A stretch of 64,000 nt of DNA from Myxococcota bacterium (GTDB lineage Bacteria; Myxococcota_A; UBA796; CAJQPC01). Under the pieces are notes generated by a model. That model did not search any database. It saw only the letters and a program-made list of their open reading frames with translations, and was not told where the DNA came from. Position 1 is the stretch's first letter, and every line of letters starts with the position of its first letter. Below are positions 8,605-21,366 of this stretch, in pieces. The stretch is from NCBI GenBank assembly GCA_036012755.1, contig DASCPX010000127.1, positions 64,001 through 128,000 of the forward strand, in the 5' to 3' direction. Position numbers and translations under genes: made by a program.

Positions 8605-10500
8605 ATGTCCAAGGTCATCGGGATCGATCTCGGTACCACCAACTCCTGCGTCGCCATCATGGAGGACGGCGAGCCGCTCGTCATCCCGAACGAGGAGGGT
8701 TCCCGGACCACTCCATCGGTGGTGGCGTTCACCCGCGACGGTGAGCGGCTCGTGGGCCAGGTGGCCCGTCGCCAGGCGGTGACCAACCCGGAGCGCACCT
8801 TCTTCGCGGCGAAGCGCCTCATCGGACGACGCTTCGACGACGACAGCATCGCCCACTCATCCGGCCTGGTCCCCTACACCATCGTCGAGGCCGAAAACGG
8901 CGACGCCTGGGTGTCGACGGGTGACCAGAGCCTCTCCCCTCCCCAGATCTCCGCGATCGTGCTGGAGAAGATGAAGGCGACAGCGGAGGCCTACCTCGGA
9001 GAGCGCGTCGAGCGCGCCATCATCACCGTCCCCGCCTACTTCAACGACTCCCAGCGACAGGCCACCAAAGACGCCGGGCGAATCGCCGGCCTGGAGGTCG
9101 AGCGGATCATCAACGAGCCCACAGCCGCAGCGCTGGCCTACGGACTGGACAAGGACCAGGACCTGACCATCGCCGTCTTCGACCTCGGCGGGGGCACATT
9201 CGATATCTCGATCCTGCAGATCGAAGGAGGCGTCTTCGAGGTCAAGGCGACCAACGGCGACACCTTCCTCGGCGGCGAGGACTGGGACAACAACATCGTC
9301 GAGGCCCTGCTGGAGGCTTTCGAAGAGCGCAACGGCATCGACCTGTCAGAGGACGTCGTCGCCATGCAGCGCCTCAAGGAGGCAGCGGAGAAGGCCAAGT
9401 GCGAGCTGTCCTCGTCAGAGGACACAGACGTCAACCTCCCCTTCATCGCGACCGGCCCCAACGGCCCGGTCCACCTCATGTACAACCTCACGAGAGGGAA
9501 GCTGGAGGAGATCTGCGAGCAGCTCGTCGAGCGCCTCGACGCTCCGGTCAAGATGGCGATGCAGGACGCCAACTTCGACACCACCGACCTCGACGCCGTC
9601 GTGCTCGTCGGCGGTATGACGCGGATGCCTCGGGTCCGCAGCAAGGTCGAGGAGCTCCTCGGCAGGCCCCCAGAAGAGGGTGTCAACGCGGACGAAGTCG
9701 TCGCCGTCGGAGCGGCCATCCAGGCCTCCGTGCTCACGGGCGAGGTCAAGGACATCCTGCTCCTCGACGTCACCCCGCTCACGCTGGGCATCGAAGTCGC
9801 CGGCGGCCTGGTCGAGCCGATCATCGAGCGGAACACGACGATCCCATGCCGCAAGTCGAAGATCTTCACGACCGCCATGGACAACCAGGACCTCGTGCGT
9901 GTCCACGTCACCCAGGGCGAGCGCGACATGGCGGAGGACAACCGCTCCCTCGGTCGGATGGAGATGTTCGGCATCCCGCCTTCGCCCCGCGGGCTCCCCG
10001 AGATCGAGGTCAGCTTCGAGATCGACGCCAACGGCATCATGAGTGTGCGCGCCAAGGACCTCGGCACGGGACAAGCCCAGTCGATGCGCATCGTCAGCTC
10101 CTCGGGGCTGTCCGACACCGAGATCCAGAAGACGCTCTCGGAGGCGGACACCTACAGGGAGCAAGACGCCGAGCGGCGCGACATCGCGGAAGCGAAGAAC
10201 ACCCTCGACGGGCTCATCTACACGACCCGCAGATCCCTCGACGAGTACGGTGGCGGCCTCTCTGTCGAGGACCGGGACCACATCAAGGAGACCATCGCAT
10301 ACGCCGAGCAGTGCATAGACGCGAGCGACATCGAGGTCGTGCAGGACGCCCATGACCGCCTGGCTCTCGCGGCCCAGCGCCTCGCGGAGTCCATCTACGA
10401 GGCTGCCCACGAGGGCCTCGACGAGGAGCTCAGCGAATCCTTCGACGAATCCTGGGACGAGGACGAGGACGATCTGTTCGACGAGGACCTCGGCCTGTAG
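8605..10500 (+). CDS. dnaK: molecular chaperone DnaK
   Basis: [35 protein letters not shown]. Confidence 0.97.
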   Translation: MSKVIGIDLGTTNSCVAIMEDGEPLVIPNEEGSRTTPSVVAFTRDGERLVGQVARRQAVTNPERTFFAAKRLIGRRFDDDSIAHSSGLVPYTIVEAENGDAWVSTGDQSLSPPQISAIVLEKMKATAEAYLGERVERAIITVPAYFNDSQRQATKDAGRIAGLEVERIINEPTAAALAYGLDKDQDLTIAVFDLGGGTFDISILQIEGGVFEVKATNGDTFLGGEDWDNNIVEALLEAFEERNGIDLSEDVVAMQRLKEAAEKAKCELSSSEDTDVNLPFIATGPNGPVHLMYNLTRGKLEEICEQLVERLDAPVKMAMQDANFDTTDLDAVVLVGGMTRMPRVRSKVEELLGRPPEEGVNADEVVAVGAAIQASVLTGEVKDILLLDVTPLTLGIEVAGGLVEPIIERNTTIPCRKSKIFTTAMDNQDLVRVHVTQGERDMAEDNRSLGRMEMFGIPPSPRGLPEIEVSFEIDANGIMSVRAKDLGTGQAQSMRIVSSSGLSDTEIQKTLSEADTYREQDAERRDIAEAKNTLDGLIYTTRRSLDEYGGGLSVEDRDHIKETIAYAEQCIDASDIEVVQDAHDRLALAAQRLAESIYEAAHEGLDEELSESFDESWDEDEDDLFDEDLGL

Positions 10501-10543
10501 TCCCGAAATGGTCGGCCGTGCTCAGGGGTATTAGCTCCAGGAC

Positions 10544-11617
10544 ATGGCCAGATCCGACTACTACAACGTCCTCGGCGTCCGGAAGACCGCCGACCAGGAC
10601 GAGCTGAAGCGGGCGTACCGCGCGCTCGCGATGAAATACCACCCGGACCGCAACCCCGACGACGTCGAGGCGGAGCGGCGCTTCCACCAGATCTCGGAAG
10701 CCTGGGAGGTGCTCGGCGATCCCCAGAAGCGGGCCCAGTACGACCGCTTGGGGCCGTTCTACAAACCCAACGGCCAGCCCCCGACACCCGACGAGCTGGG
10801 CGAGTACCTCTCCGACGCCATCGGCGGGATCTTCGGCCGAAGCAAGAACAACCAGCCTGGCGACGACCTTCGCTTCACGCTCGTCGTAGAGCTCGAAGAG
10901 GTGCTCACCGGCGTCGAGAAAGAGATCAACGTCCCCCGCCAGGCCACCTGCACCCGCTGCGGCGGAGTTGGAGCCGACCCGGACGGCGGGCGTCGGGACT
11001 GCGAGCCCTGCGAGGGCACGGGAAAGGCCACCGGACGCCGGCTGTTCCGCCAGAGCTGCGCCCGCTGCGATGGACGTGGCTGGGTGATCGTGAAGAAGTG
11101 CACGGCCTGTGCCGGGACCTGCCGCGCCGGCAGCGAGGAGCGCCTCAAGGTGAAGGTGCCAAGGGGAGTCGCGACCGGCCAGAAGCTGAAGGTGCGCGCG
11201 AAGGGCAACGATGGCCTCGGGGACGGCGCTCCGGGGGACCTCTACGTGATCGTGAACGTGGCCGATCATCCCCTCTTCGGTCGCCGCGGTCCCGATCTCA
11301 CGTGCGAGCTCCCGATCACCTTCAACGAGGCTGCCCTCGGCGCCGAGGTCAGGGTGCCCACGATCGAGGGCACCACGACCATCCGCATCCCGCCGGGGAC
11401 CTCCAGCGGGAAGATCCTGCGCCTGTCGGGCCAGGGACTCCCGCTGCCGAAGAAGAAGGAGGGGCGCGGGGACCTGCATCTGCAGGTCGTCGTGGAGATC
11501 CCCGCCGCCTTGTCGCCGGAGCAGAAGGCCGCTCTGGAGCGCTTCGCCGAGCTGACCGGCGCAGAGGCCCACCCTCGCCGCGCAGACTTCGACCGAGCCG
11601 TCGACTCGAGGGGTTAG
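10544..11617 (+). CDS. dnaJ: molecular chaperone DnaJ
   Basis: J domain with HPD, four CxxCxGx(G) zinc repeats, C-terminal GDL motifs. Confidence 0.93.
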   Translation: MARSDYYNVLGVRKTADQDELKRAYRALAMKYHPDRNPDDVEAERRFHQISEAWEVLGDPQKRAQYDRLGPFYKPNGQPPTPDELGEYLSDAIGGIFGRSKNNQPGDDLRFTLVVELEEVLTGVEKEINVPRQATCTRCGGVGADPDGGRRDCEPCEGTGKATGRRLFRQSCARCDGRGWVIVKKCTACAGTCRAGSEERLKVKVPRGVATGQKLKVRAKGNDGLGDGAPGDLYVIVNVADHPLFGRRGPDLTCELPITFNEAALGAEVRVPTIEGTTTIRIPPGTSSGKILRLSGQGLPLPKKKEGRGDLHLQVVVEIPAALSPEQKAALERFAELTGAEAHPRRADFDRAVDSRG

Positions 11618-11626
11618 GTCCCCATC

Positions 11627-13555
11627 ATGACGCTGCTATTGCTGGTGTTGTTGTCCGCCCACGCAGGCCTCTTGAAGGGCCGCGACGCGCCCCCGCCGGA
11701 CCCGGCCATCGTGCTCCAGGCGCGCACCCTGGCCCAGGACGACAGGGTCGAGGCCATCGCCATCCTGGAGGACTACCTGGCCCAGGGAGCCGACCCGGCC
11801 ATCCTGCCCAACGTGGCACTGGAAGCTGGCGAGCAGCGTCGCCTCGCCGGGGATCCCAACGCCGCGCGCGAACACTTCGAGCGCATCGGTCGCACCTGGC
11901 CCAACACGCCCTCCCACGAAGGCGCCAGGCTCGGGCTCGCCCTGTTGGCCTACGAGACCGGCAAGGCCAGCGGAAACAGCGCGGCGACGCTGGAGCTGAC
12001 CGCAGACAGCGCAGCCCCGGCCACGATGAACGCGGACCGCTACCGGCTGCGCGCGCTCGCTGCATCGAGCGAAGGCGCCGACCCCGCCCTCGTCGAGGAC
12101 ATGGTGTTCAGGGCGGTCGAGTATGCCCGAGACGACAAGGCGGTGCTGGGGCGGGTGAACCGGACGCTGGCTCACCTGCTGCCGGAGGACACACCGCAGA
12201 TCGAGGGCGCAGACGATGCTGCCGATGTCGCCGCGCTGGACCGAGCCCGGGCGGCGCTCGACGCAGATGACTACGACCTGGCCATCGAGACAGCGGAGGC
12301 CGTGCTCGCGACCTTCCCAGACAGCGAGTTCGTGAAGGACGCGGAGTGGATAGAGAAGCGAGCGCGAGCGCGCGACCCCTACCAGCCGCTGAAGATCGGC
12401 GTCCTGTTGCCCTTGACCGGGACCTACGCCCCCCCAGGAAAGCAGGTCAAGCAGTCGCTCGAGCTCAGCGTGGGCCGTGGCGGAGGAGGCGTCGTCCTCA
12501 TCTTCCGCGACACGGAGGGCGACGCCGAAAAGGCGGTCGAGGGCTTCGAGGACCTGGTCCTACGGGAGGGCTGCGCGGCGGTCATCGGCCCACTGCTGGC
12601 CGACACCAGCTTCCCTGTCGCCATCGAAGCGCAGGCCGCGGGGGTTCCGCTGATCACGATGACCCAGTCCCCCGGGGTCACGGAGACCGGCACCTGGATC
12701 TACCGCGGCATGGTCACGATCGAGCAACAGGTCGACTCCCTGCTCGACGAGGTCATGAGCGAGCAGGGCATGACCAGCTTCGCCATCCTCGCCCCCGACA
12801 GCGACTACGGGCGGCTGGCGCGGGACGAGTTCTTGAAGCAGGCGATGGAGCGAGGCGGGACCGTCCACGTCGTCCAGCTCTACGACCCCGCCGCGACGGA
12901 CTTCCGCAAGGACGCCTCGGCGCTCGGAGCGAAGGACTACGAGGCCCGGAAGGGTGAGCTCTACCGCCTGCGGCGACAGGCCGAGGAGCGAGGCGAGGAT
13001 CCTTCCAAGGTCGTGCTGCCACCGAAGATGGACTACGACGCCATCTTCGTCCCCGACAGCTACGGACGGGTGGCGCTGGTGGCCTCTGCGCTGGCCTACG
13101 AGGAGTTCCCGGTCGGGAACTTCCAGCCCAGACGCGGCATGGAGAACATCCCGCTGTTGGGCCTGTCCGGCTGGCACAACGATGAGCTCTTCACCCGCGG
13201 CGGCCTCTACGTGCAGAGCTCGGTCTTCGTCGACGCCTACACCCTGCGGGATCCGGCGCTCCAGGGTTTCCACCTCGAGTTCCGAGCGGACACGGGTCGC
13301 TCACCCAACGTGCTCGACGCCATCGCCTACGACACCGGCCGGCTCGTGAGCGTGGCGTCTCGAAGCCAGCCCGACAGTCGCGAGGCCTTCCGCAACACGC
13401 TCTCGGGCGCCGCGCTGTCAGCGCCGGTATCCGCCGGGGGCCGCTTCGACGCCAACCGGGAGATCGTGCGTGACCTCTACGTGCTGACGATCAAGCGGGA
13501 CGCGGGCATCCGCCTGGTGCACCCGATCGAGGAGGAGGTCACTCCCCCAGGTTGA
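11627..13555 (+). CDS. LpoA/LppC-like penicillin-binding protein activator (TPR plus periplasmic-binding domain)
   Basis: Signal peptide, TPR-like helices, KIGVLLPLTG, VIGPL, DYDAIFVPD. Confidence 0.75.
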   Translation: MTLLLLVLLSAHAGLLKGRDAPPPDPAIVLQARTLAQDDRVEAIAILEDYLAQGADPAILPNVALEAGEQRRLAGDPNAAREHFERIGRTWPNTPSHEGARLGLALLAYETGKASGNSAATLELTADSAAPATMNADRYRLRALAASSEGADPALVEDMVFRAVEYARDDKAVLGRVNRTLAHLLPEDTPQIEGADDAADVAALDRARAALDADDYDLAIETAEAVLATFPDSEFVKDAEWIEKRARARDPYQPLKIGVLLPLTGTYAPPGKQVKQSLELSVGRGGGGVVLIFRDTEGDAEKAVEGFEDLVLREGCAAVIGPLLADTSFPVAIEAQAAGVPLITMTQSPGVTETGTWIYRGMVTIEQQVDSLLDEVMSEQGMTSFAILAPDSDYGRLARDEFLKQAMERGGTVHVVQLYDPAATDFRKDASALGAKDYEARKGELYRLRRQAEERGEDPSKVVLPPKMDYDAIFVPDSYGRVALVASALAYEEFPVGNFQPRRGMENIPLLGLSGWHNDELFTRGGLYVQSSVFVDAYTLRDPALQGFHLEFRADTGRSPNVLDAIAYDTGRLVSVASRSQPDSREAFRNTLSGAALSAPVSAGGRFDANREIVRDLYVLTIKRDAGIRLVHPIEEEVTPPG

Positions 13556-14472
13556 TTCCCGGTAGAATGGCCCTGCAAATGCCCGACGAAGTAGGCGAAT
13601 CCTCAGCCTTGAGTCCAGAGACCGCCGTCATCCGCGCGCTGACGCGGGCGACCGACCAACACGAAGTGGTCGCCGTGGGTCCCGGCGACGACGCCGCCGT
13701 CCTGCAGGATGGGACGGTGCTCTGCGTCGACGCCATGGTCGAGGGGGTCCACTGGGACGAGCGCTTCTCGGCCTCCGACGTTGGCTGGCGGCTCGTGATG
13801 GTGAACGCCTCCGATGTCGCTGCGATGGGGGCGACTCCGACCTGGGCCCTGCTCGCGATCAGCCTGCCTCGGGTCGAGAGGGCCTGGGTCGAGGGCTTCG
13901 GGGACGGCCTGCACGCTGCCCTGGAGGTGCTCGGAGTCCCCCTGCTCGGCGGGGACACGACTCGAGGCGCGACCCCCACCGTCTCGTTGTCCATGGGCGG
14001 CCGCCTCGTCGGGAAGCCCCTGCTGCGCAGCGCCGCCCGCCCCGGCGACCGCATCTGGGTCAGCGGGCGCCTGGGTGATGCCGCAGGGGGCTTTCACGAC
14101 CTCACGGACAAGGCCGCGCTTCTGCGCCCCTCCCCTCCCCTCCACCTGGGCCCGGCGCTGGCCCGGCGCGGCGTCCGCTGCGCCATGGACATCAGCGACG
14201 GCCTCGTAGAGGACCTTGGCCGCCTCTGCACGGCCAGCGATGTGGGAGCCCACCTCGACGCCGCGGCCATTCCTCGCCGGACAGAGGTGCCCCTGGAGCT
14301 CGCCCTCGGCTTCGGCGACGACTACCAGCTGCTCGCCACGAGCGAGCTCGACCTCTCGGACGAGATGAGGTGCATCGGGGAGATCGTGGCGGAGCCCGGC
14401 ATCCGCATGGACGGCGCGGACTGGCCGAAGCCGGCGTGGACGCACTTCGACCAAGCCGGAGCGGCGCGATGA
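13552..14472 (+). CDS. thiL: thiamine-phosphate kinase (true start may be ATG 13567 or 13579)
   Basis: GPGDDAAV, DAMVEGVH, NASDVAAMGA, GGDT, MDISDGL, GDDYQL. Confidence 0.9.
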   Translation: MIPGRMALQMPDEVGESSALSPETAVIRALTRATDQHEVVAVGPGDDAAVLQDGTVLCVDAMVEGVHWDERFSASDVGWRLVMVNASDVAAMGATPTWALLAISLPRVERAWVEGFGDGLHAALEVLGVPLLGGDTTRGATPTVSLSMGGRLVGKPLLRSAARPGDRIWVSGRLGDAAGGFHDLTDKAALLRPSPPLHLGPALARRGVRCAMDISDGLVEDLGRLCTASDVGAHLDAAAIPRRTEVPLELALGFGDDYQLLATSELDLSDEMRCIGEIVAEPGIRMDGADWPKPAWTHFDQAGAAR

Positions 14473-15731
14473 CGCTCTCCCTGGTTCTGCTGGTGATCCT
14501 CATCCTGCTGTCCGGTTTCTTCTCCGGAAGCGAGACCGCGCTCTTCAGCCTCCAAGCCATCGACAGGGAGCGCCTGAAGGAGGAAGGCGGAGCGGCGCTG
14601 ACGGTGCTCCGACTGCTGGAGCACCCTCGCAGGACCCTCGCCTCGGTCCTCATGGGCAACGAGCTGGTCAACATCAGCCTGTCCATCGTCTGCGCCGGAC
14701 TGGTCATGTCGGTCTTCCCGGAGCGGCCTTACCTGAACCTGCTGGTCGCGACCCCGTTGCTCATCATCTTCGGCGAGGTCACGCCCAAGACCCTCGCGCT
14801 GCGAAACAACCGGCGCTTCGCGATGTCCATCGCCCGACCCCTGGCGTTGTGGGCGCAGCTCATCACGCCGCTGCGCTGGCTGCTCCAGTCCCTGGCCAAC
14901 CTGGCGATCCGGGTGCTCGGCGGGAGCCAGGCCAGGTCAGAGGACCGGATCGAGGAGGAGGAGGTCCAGCGCCTCATCGAAGAAGCCCACCAGGCCGGGC
15001 AGATCAACGCTCACGAGCACGAGCTCCTGCAGTCCGTGTTCGACTTCGGAGACATGTCCGTCGGGCGCCTCATGACCCCCGCTCCGGACATGGTGCGCTT
15101 CTCGGTCCACACCTCGTTCTCGCGCCTGGTCGAGCAGCTCGCGAAGCGCCGGTTCAGCCGCATCCCGATGTACGAGGGCACCCCCGACAACGTGGTCGGC
15201 ATCCTGCTGGTGAAGGACCTGCTGGCCTACAAGGGCAAGACGCCGCCGTCGCCCAGCGAGCTCCGGAAGCACCTCAAGGGCGCCTGGTTCGTGCCCTCGA
15301 GCAAGCCGGCCGACGACATGCTCCGCGAGTTCCAGGGGCGCCGCGAGCACCTCGCGCTGGTCGTGGACGAGCACGGTGGCATCGACGGGCTCATCACCCT
15401 CGACGACCTCCTCGACGAGCTCGTCGGCCCCAACCTCGACGTCCACGACGATCCGGAGATCAGCGTCGTCCAGCCAGGTCAGTGGACCGTCGCCGGGGGC
15501 ATGGACCTCGAGGATCTCGCCGAGCTCACCGGGGTCTCCCTGCAGCGTGAGGAGGTCCACACCGTCGGAGGTTTCGTCATGGCCGAGCTGGGCGAGGTCC
15601 CCCGCGAAGGCCAGGAGCTCGCGCTGGAGGGCATCCGCATCGTGGTGAAGCAGATGGACGGCCGCCGCATCGCCGAGGTCGAGCTCTGGCGTCTCGGCAC
15701 CCAGGGACAAGAGCAGGCGGCGGGCAAGTGA
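14469..15731 (+). CDS. hemolysin/CNNM (DUF21-CBS-CorC) membrane protein
   Basis: SGFFSGSETALFSL, FGEVTPK, FSRIP, VVDEHGG; ATGA-coupled to thiL. Confidence 0.9.
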   Translation: MTLSLVLLVILILLSGFFSGSETALFSLQAIDRERLKEEGGAALTVLRLLEHPRRTLASVLMGNELVNISLSIVCAGLVMSVFPERPYLNLLVATPLLIIFGEVTPKTLALRNNRRFAMSIARPLALWAQLITPLRWLLQSLANLAIRVLGGSQARSEDRIEEEEVQRLIEEAHQAGQINAHEHELLQSVFDFGDMSVGRLMTPAPDMVRFSVHTSFSRLVEQLAKRRFSRIPMYEGTPDNVVGILLVKDLLAYKGKTPPSPSELRKHLKGAWFVPSSKPADDMLREFQGRREHLALVVDEHGGIDGLITLDDLLDELVGPNLDVHDDPEISVVQPGQWTVAGGMDLEDLAELTGVSLQREEVHTVGGFVMAELGEVPREGQELALEGIRIVVKQMDGRRIAEVELWRLGTQGQEQAAGK

Positions 15732-16963
15732 GCATCGGCCTCGCCATCGGCATCGTCCTCTGCTGCCTGGTGTCGGAGGGCTTCTTCTCCGGCTCGGAGA
15801 TCGCGGTGGTCAGCGCGGATCGACTCAAGCTGAAAGCCAAGACCGAGGAGGGCTCCCGGGGCGCCCGGACCGTGCTGGCCCTCCTGGAGCGCCCCGAGTT
15901 CCTCCTCGGGACCTGCCTGATGGGCACCAACCTCTCCACCGTCACGGCCTCTACCGCCGCCGCCGCCGCGCTGGTCACCGTATGGCCAGACGCCGGCCAG
16001 GTCGCGGCAGTCGCGCTGTTGTTCCCGCTCATCCTGCTCTTCGGCGAGCTCATCCCCAAGTCGCTGTTCCAGCACTACGCGGACCGCCTCGCGCCGCTGA
16101 TCGGACCGCCCCTTCGCTTGTTCTCGATCCTGTTCTCGCCGGCCCTGTTCCTGATCGAGCGAGCCACGCGGCTCTTGTTCCAACTCACCGGCGGCGAGGG
16201 CGACATCCACCGCACCGCCAGCCGCGAGGACATCATCCTGCTCCTCGAAGCGAGCGACCAGGTGGCGATCGACGAGGAGGATCGTGAGCTCATCCAGCGT
16301 GTCTTCGAGTTCGGTGAGGCCCGCGTGGAAGAGGTCATGGTGCCGCTGATCGAGGTCCAGTCCGTCAGCGACGAGCTCACGGCGCGGGAGGCGATCGCGA
16401 TGATGGTGGAGAGCGGACACTCCCGCATGCCGGTCTACGCCGAGCGGGTCGACAACGTCATCGGCATCGTCCACCACCACGACCTGCTCTACCTGGAGAA
16501 CCTCGACATCCCCGTGGCCGAGATCGCCAGCGCGCCGGTCTTCGTGCCAGAGAGCAAGCGCATCGAGAGCCTCTTCCACGAGTTCCAGAGGGACCGCATA
16601 GGCATCGCGGTCCCGGTCGACGAGTACGGCGGAGCGGTCGGGCTGATCACGGTCGAGGACATCCTCGAAGAGATCGTGGGGGACATCGCGGACGAGCACG
16701 ACGACGACGAGGCCCTCGTCGTGCAGCTACAGGACCGCGTCTGGCTCGCGAGCGCGCGCATCGAGGCGGACGCCCTCGAGGAGGCCACCGGCTTCGAGAT
16801 CCCAGAGGGCGACTACGAGACCCTGGCGGGCTTCGTGCTGCGAAGGCTGGGCCGGGTGCCGGTGAAGGGAGCGCAGGTGCGTGAGGGTCTCTTCCGCCTG
16901 GTCGTCACCGAAGCCAGCGACCGGGCGGTCCTCGAGGTGCGGATAGAGCGCATCGGCGGATAG
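15728..16963 (+). CDS. second hemolysin/CNNM (DUF21-CBS-CorC) membrane protein
   Basis: GFFSGSEIA, FGELIPK, HSRMPVY, VDEYGG, EDILEEIVGDI. Confidence 0.9.
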   Translation: MSIGLAIGIVLCCLVSEGFFSGSEIAVVSADRLKLKAKTEEGSRGARTVLALLERPEFLLGTCLMGTNLSTVTASTAAAAALVTVWPDAGQVAAVALLFPLILLFGELIPKSLFQHYADRLAPLIGPPLRLFSILFSPALFLIERATRLLFQLTGGEGDIHRTASREDIILLLEASDQVAIDEEDRELIQRVFEFGEARVEEVMVPLIEVQSVSDELTAREAIAMMVESGHSRMPVYAERVDNVIGIVHHHDLLYLENLDIPVAEIASAPVFVPESKRIESLFHEFQRDRIGIAVPVDEYGGAVGLITVEDILEEIVGDIADEHDDDEALVVQLQDRVWLASARIEADALEEATGFEIPEGDYETLAGFVLRRLGRVPVKGAQVREGLFRLVVTEASDRAVLEVRIERIGG

Positions 16964-16971
16964 GAGCCCCA

Positions 16972-18123
16972 ATGCGCGCCATCGTCCTCCAAGCTGACTG
17001 GGCCCCACGCGAGGGCTTCACCCCGAGCGCCGCGGAGCTCGCGGCGAGAAAGGCCACCGGCTCCGCCGTCTGGAGGAACCCGCGCTTTGTAGCCACGACG
17101 CTGGAGGACCCCACGCCGGGGCCGACCGAGGTCGTCGTCGAGGTGCGGGCCTGCGGGGTCTGCGGCTCCGACACCCACTGCTACGAGACCGACGACGAGG
17201 GCTACATCATCTTCTCCGGTCCGGTCTCGCTCCCGGTGGTGCCAGGGCACGAGTACACGGGTGAGATCGTCGCGGTGGGCTCGGAGGTCCGCGCGCTGCG
17301 CGTGGGGGACCTCGTCGCCGCTGAGGGCATGCTCAACTGCGGGGTCTGCGAGTCCTGCCGGGTGGGAAGACCCAACCAGTGCCCGCACCTCGAGATGGTC
17401 GGCTTCTCCGCGCCGGGCGCCTACGCCGGGTACATCGCTGTGCAGGAGCGCTTCTGCTGGAAGCTCGACGGCCTCGCCGAACACTACGGCGACGCCGAGG
17501 CCGCCTTGCAGATCGGCGCCCTCGTGGAGCCAATCGCCTGCTCGTACAACGGCATCTACGTCGCTGGGAGGGGGCTGCGCCCGGGAGACCACGTGGTCGT
17601 ACACGGCGCGGGGCCGATCGGTCTCGGCGCGATCGCCCTCGCTCGGGCGGGCGGAGCGGCCAGCATCACAGCCTTCGACATCGCCCCGGAACGCGTGGCG
17701 CTGGCAAGGGCATGTGGCGCAGACACCGCCTGGGATCCGCGCGAGGTCGACACCGCCGAGGTGGTGCGAGAGGCCACGCGCGGCTGGGGCGCGGACATCC
17801 AGGTCGAGGCCGCGGGCGCCGCACTCCACACGATGCCGTCCATCGAGGACAGCTTCGCGCCTGGTGGCCAGATGATCTACCTCGGGCGCACCGGTGAACG
17901 AGCGCCCGTCATGCTGGATGTCCTGGTCACCGGGGCTGCCTCGATCACGGGCTCGCGCGGCCACGTGGGCGGGGGCTGCTTCCCGCGGGTGATTCGACTG
18001 CTCGAGCGCGGGCTCCTCGTCGCCGATCCCATGATCACCAGTCGCGTACCCTTCTCGGACTTCATGGAGGCGCTGCGGCGGTCCTGCCTGCGCACGGACG
18101 GCAAGATCATGCTCGTCTACTGA
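16972..18123 (+). CDS. iolM: zinc-binding dehydrogenase, scyllo-inosose 3-dehydrogenase (IolM)-like
   Basis: CGVCGSD, GHE, CxxCxxCx7C, GAGPIG; the N-terminal insert (ADWAPR...GSAVWRNP, ETDDEGYI) resembles Thermotoga IolM as I recall it. Confidence 0.7.
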   Translation: MRAIVLQADWAPREGFTPSAAELAARKATGSAVWRNPRFVATTLEDPTPGPTEVVVEVRACGVCGSDTHCYETDDEGYIIFSGPVSLPVVPGHEYTGEIVAVGSEVRALRVGDLVAAEGMLNCGVCESCRVGRPNQCPHLEMVGFSAPGAYAGYIAVQERFCWKLDGLAEHYGDAEAALQIGALVEPIACSYNGIYVAGRGLRPGDHVVVHGAGPIGLGAIALARAGGAASITAFDIAPERVALARACGADTAWDPREVDTAEVVREATRGWGADIQVEAAGAALHTMPSIEDSFAPGGQMIYLGRTGERAPVMLDVLVTGAASITGSRGHVGGGCFPRVIRLLERGLLVADPMITSRVPFSDFMEALRRSCLRTDGKIMLVY

Positions 18124-18201
18124 CTACCCGGTCGCTTTTTCCCAATCAGGGGTAATGCGCGGGCGTGGAGGGTCCGTTGTCTAGAGCAGACGGAGGACTC
18201 G

Positions 18202-18672
18202 ATGTTCACGCTATCCGCCCACCGGCTCGGCCCGGAGGCCCCCATCCCCGATGAACTCCCCGAGTCCTCGCTCGAGTTCATCGACGGCGTGGACCACGGC
18301 ATGGAGCTGCCCAGGTGCGTGCTGAGCGACCACGTCAACCTCCATGGGTGGCGCGAACACCGCGACGCCCTCGCGGGCCCCGCCTTCGATCCTGTCCACC
18401 TCTACCTCCGCAGCACAATCCCGACCGGGGCGATTCGCGGCGAGGAGGAGTGCGTCGCCGCCATCATCAAGGCGCGGCACGACCTCGCCTTCTGGAGCCC
18501 GATGGTCGGACATGGCCTCGGCGGCAGCTTCAGCGGCCACATGCGGGACCTCTACGACGACATCGATCTGCTCGAGCGCTTCCCGCCTCGGCGCCCCATC
18601 CTGCGGGCCCACTGGGAGCAAGCTCGCGCTACCCTGATCGACGCCCTTCCCGCCGCGCACAAGGCCGCCTGA
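18202..18672 (+). CDS. hypothetical protein
   Basis: GGAGG SD, GC3-biased 156-aa ORF; no family recognised. Confidence 0.6.
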   Translation: MFTLSAHRLGPEAPIPDELPESSLEFIDGVDHGMELPRCVLSDHVNLHGWREHRDALAGPAFDPVHLYLRSTIPTGAIRGEEECVAAIIKARHDLAFWSPMVGHGLGGSFSGHMRDLYDDIDLLERFPPRRPILRAHWEQARATLIDALPAAHKAA

Positions 18673-18758
18673 GATCAGTCTCCAGGGGGGGGCACGCGTT
18701 GACGCCCGAAGCCGTCGCGTGGTACCTCTCCCTGAGTTTCCAGTATCCGAGGAAGGCG

Positions 18759-20541
<1,783 letters not shown>

Positions 20542-20555
<14 letters not shown>

Positions 20556-21366
20556 GCCTGGCGCCGTCCTCTCGGACGGCATCGTCATCGTCCTCGTACA
20601 CCCACTCCATCCCGGCAACGTCGGTGCCGTCGCGCGGGCGATGGCCAACCTCGGCCTGTCCCGCCTCGTCCTCGTCGATCCGCCATGCTTCGACATGGAG
20701 AGGGCTCGCTGGATGTCCTCTGGTGGCCGCGACATCTTGGAGTCCGCTCGCTTCGTCTCCACGGTCGAGGAGGCGGTCGAGGGCTGCACGTGGGCGGTCG
20801 GCGCCACCTCTCGCAAGCGCCGCTGGCAGTGGCCCGTGCTGACCCCCAGGACACTCGCGAGCGCTGCCTTCGAGCGCGACGGGCCCCTAGCTCTGCTCTT
20901 CGGACGCGAGGACCACGGCCTGGACAACGAGTCACTGACCTGGTGCCAGGCGGCCCTGCGCATCCCGACCTCGGGCGAGCCCAGCCTGAACCTGGCCCAG
21001 GCCGTGCTGATGACCTGCTCCGCCCTCTTCAACGCTGCCGTGGACCGGGGTCTCGAGCCAGAGGACAGCGTCGTGCGACAAGGGAGACGCTCGGGAGGCG
21101 GGCCGCTCTCTTCCGTGCCCCTGCCACCGCAGCCCAAGGGGGATCTGCGGGTGCAGCGGCATGTCGTCGACACCGCCGTCGAGCTCCTCTCGGAGACGCC
21201 CTATCTGCTCGGGCGCAACCCAGAGCAGGTCACCATCACGCTCGGTCAGCTGCTCGGGCGCGTGGAGCCCACCAAGGTCGAGCTCGAGATCCTGCTGGGG
21301 ATGCTCAAGAAGACCCGGTGGGCGCTGTCCTCAGTCGCGACGGCGGAGGGCGAGGAACCCGAGTAG
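20542..21366 (+). CDS. trmJ: TrmJ/LasT-family SPOUT RNA methyltransferase
   Basis: HPGNVGAVARAMANLG, LFGREDHGL, SLNLAQAV. Confidence 0.85.

Noticed and set aside
14469..16963. Tandem CNNM/hemolysin paralogues as a novelty
   Set aside because: Tandem pairs are common in bacteria
18168..18195. Imperfect hairpin next to the SD of 18202 as a thermometer/riboswitch
   Set aside because: Weak pairing, expected by chance at this GC; no aptamer motif
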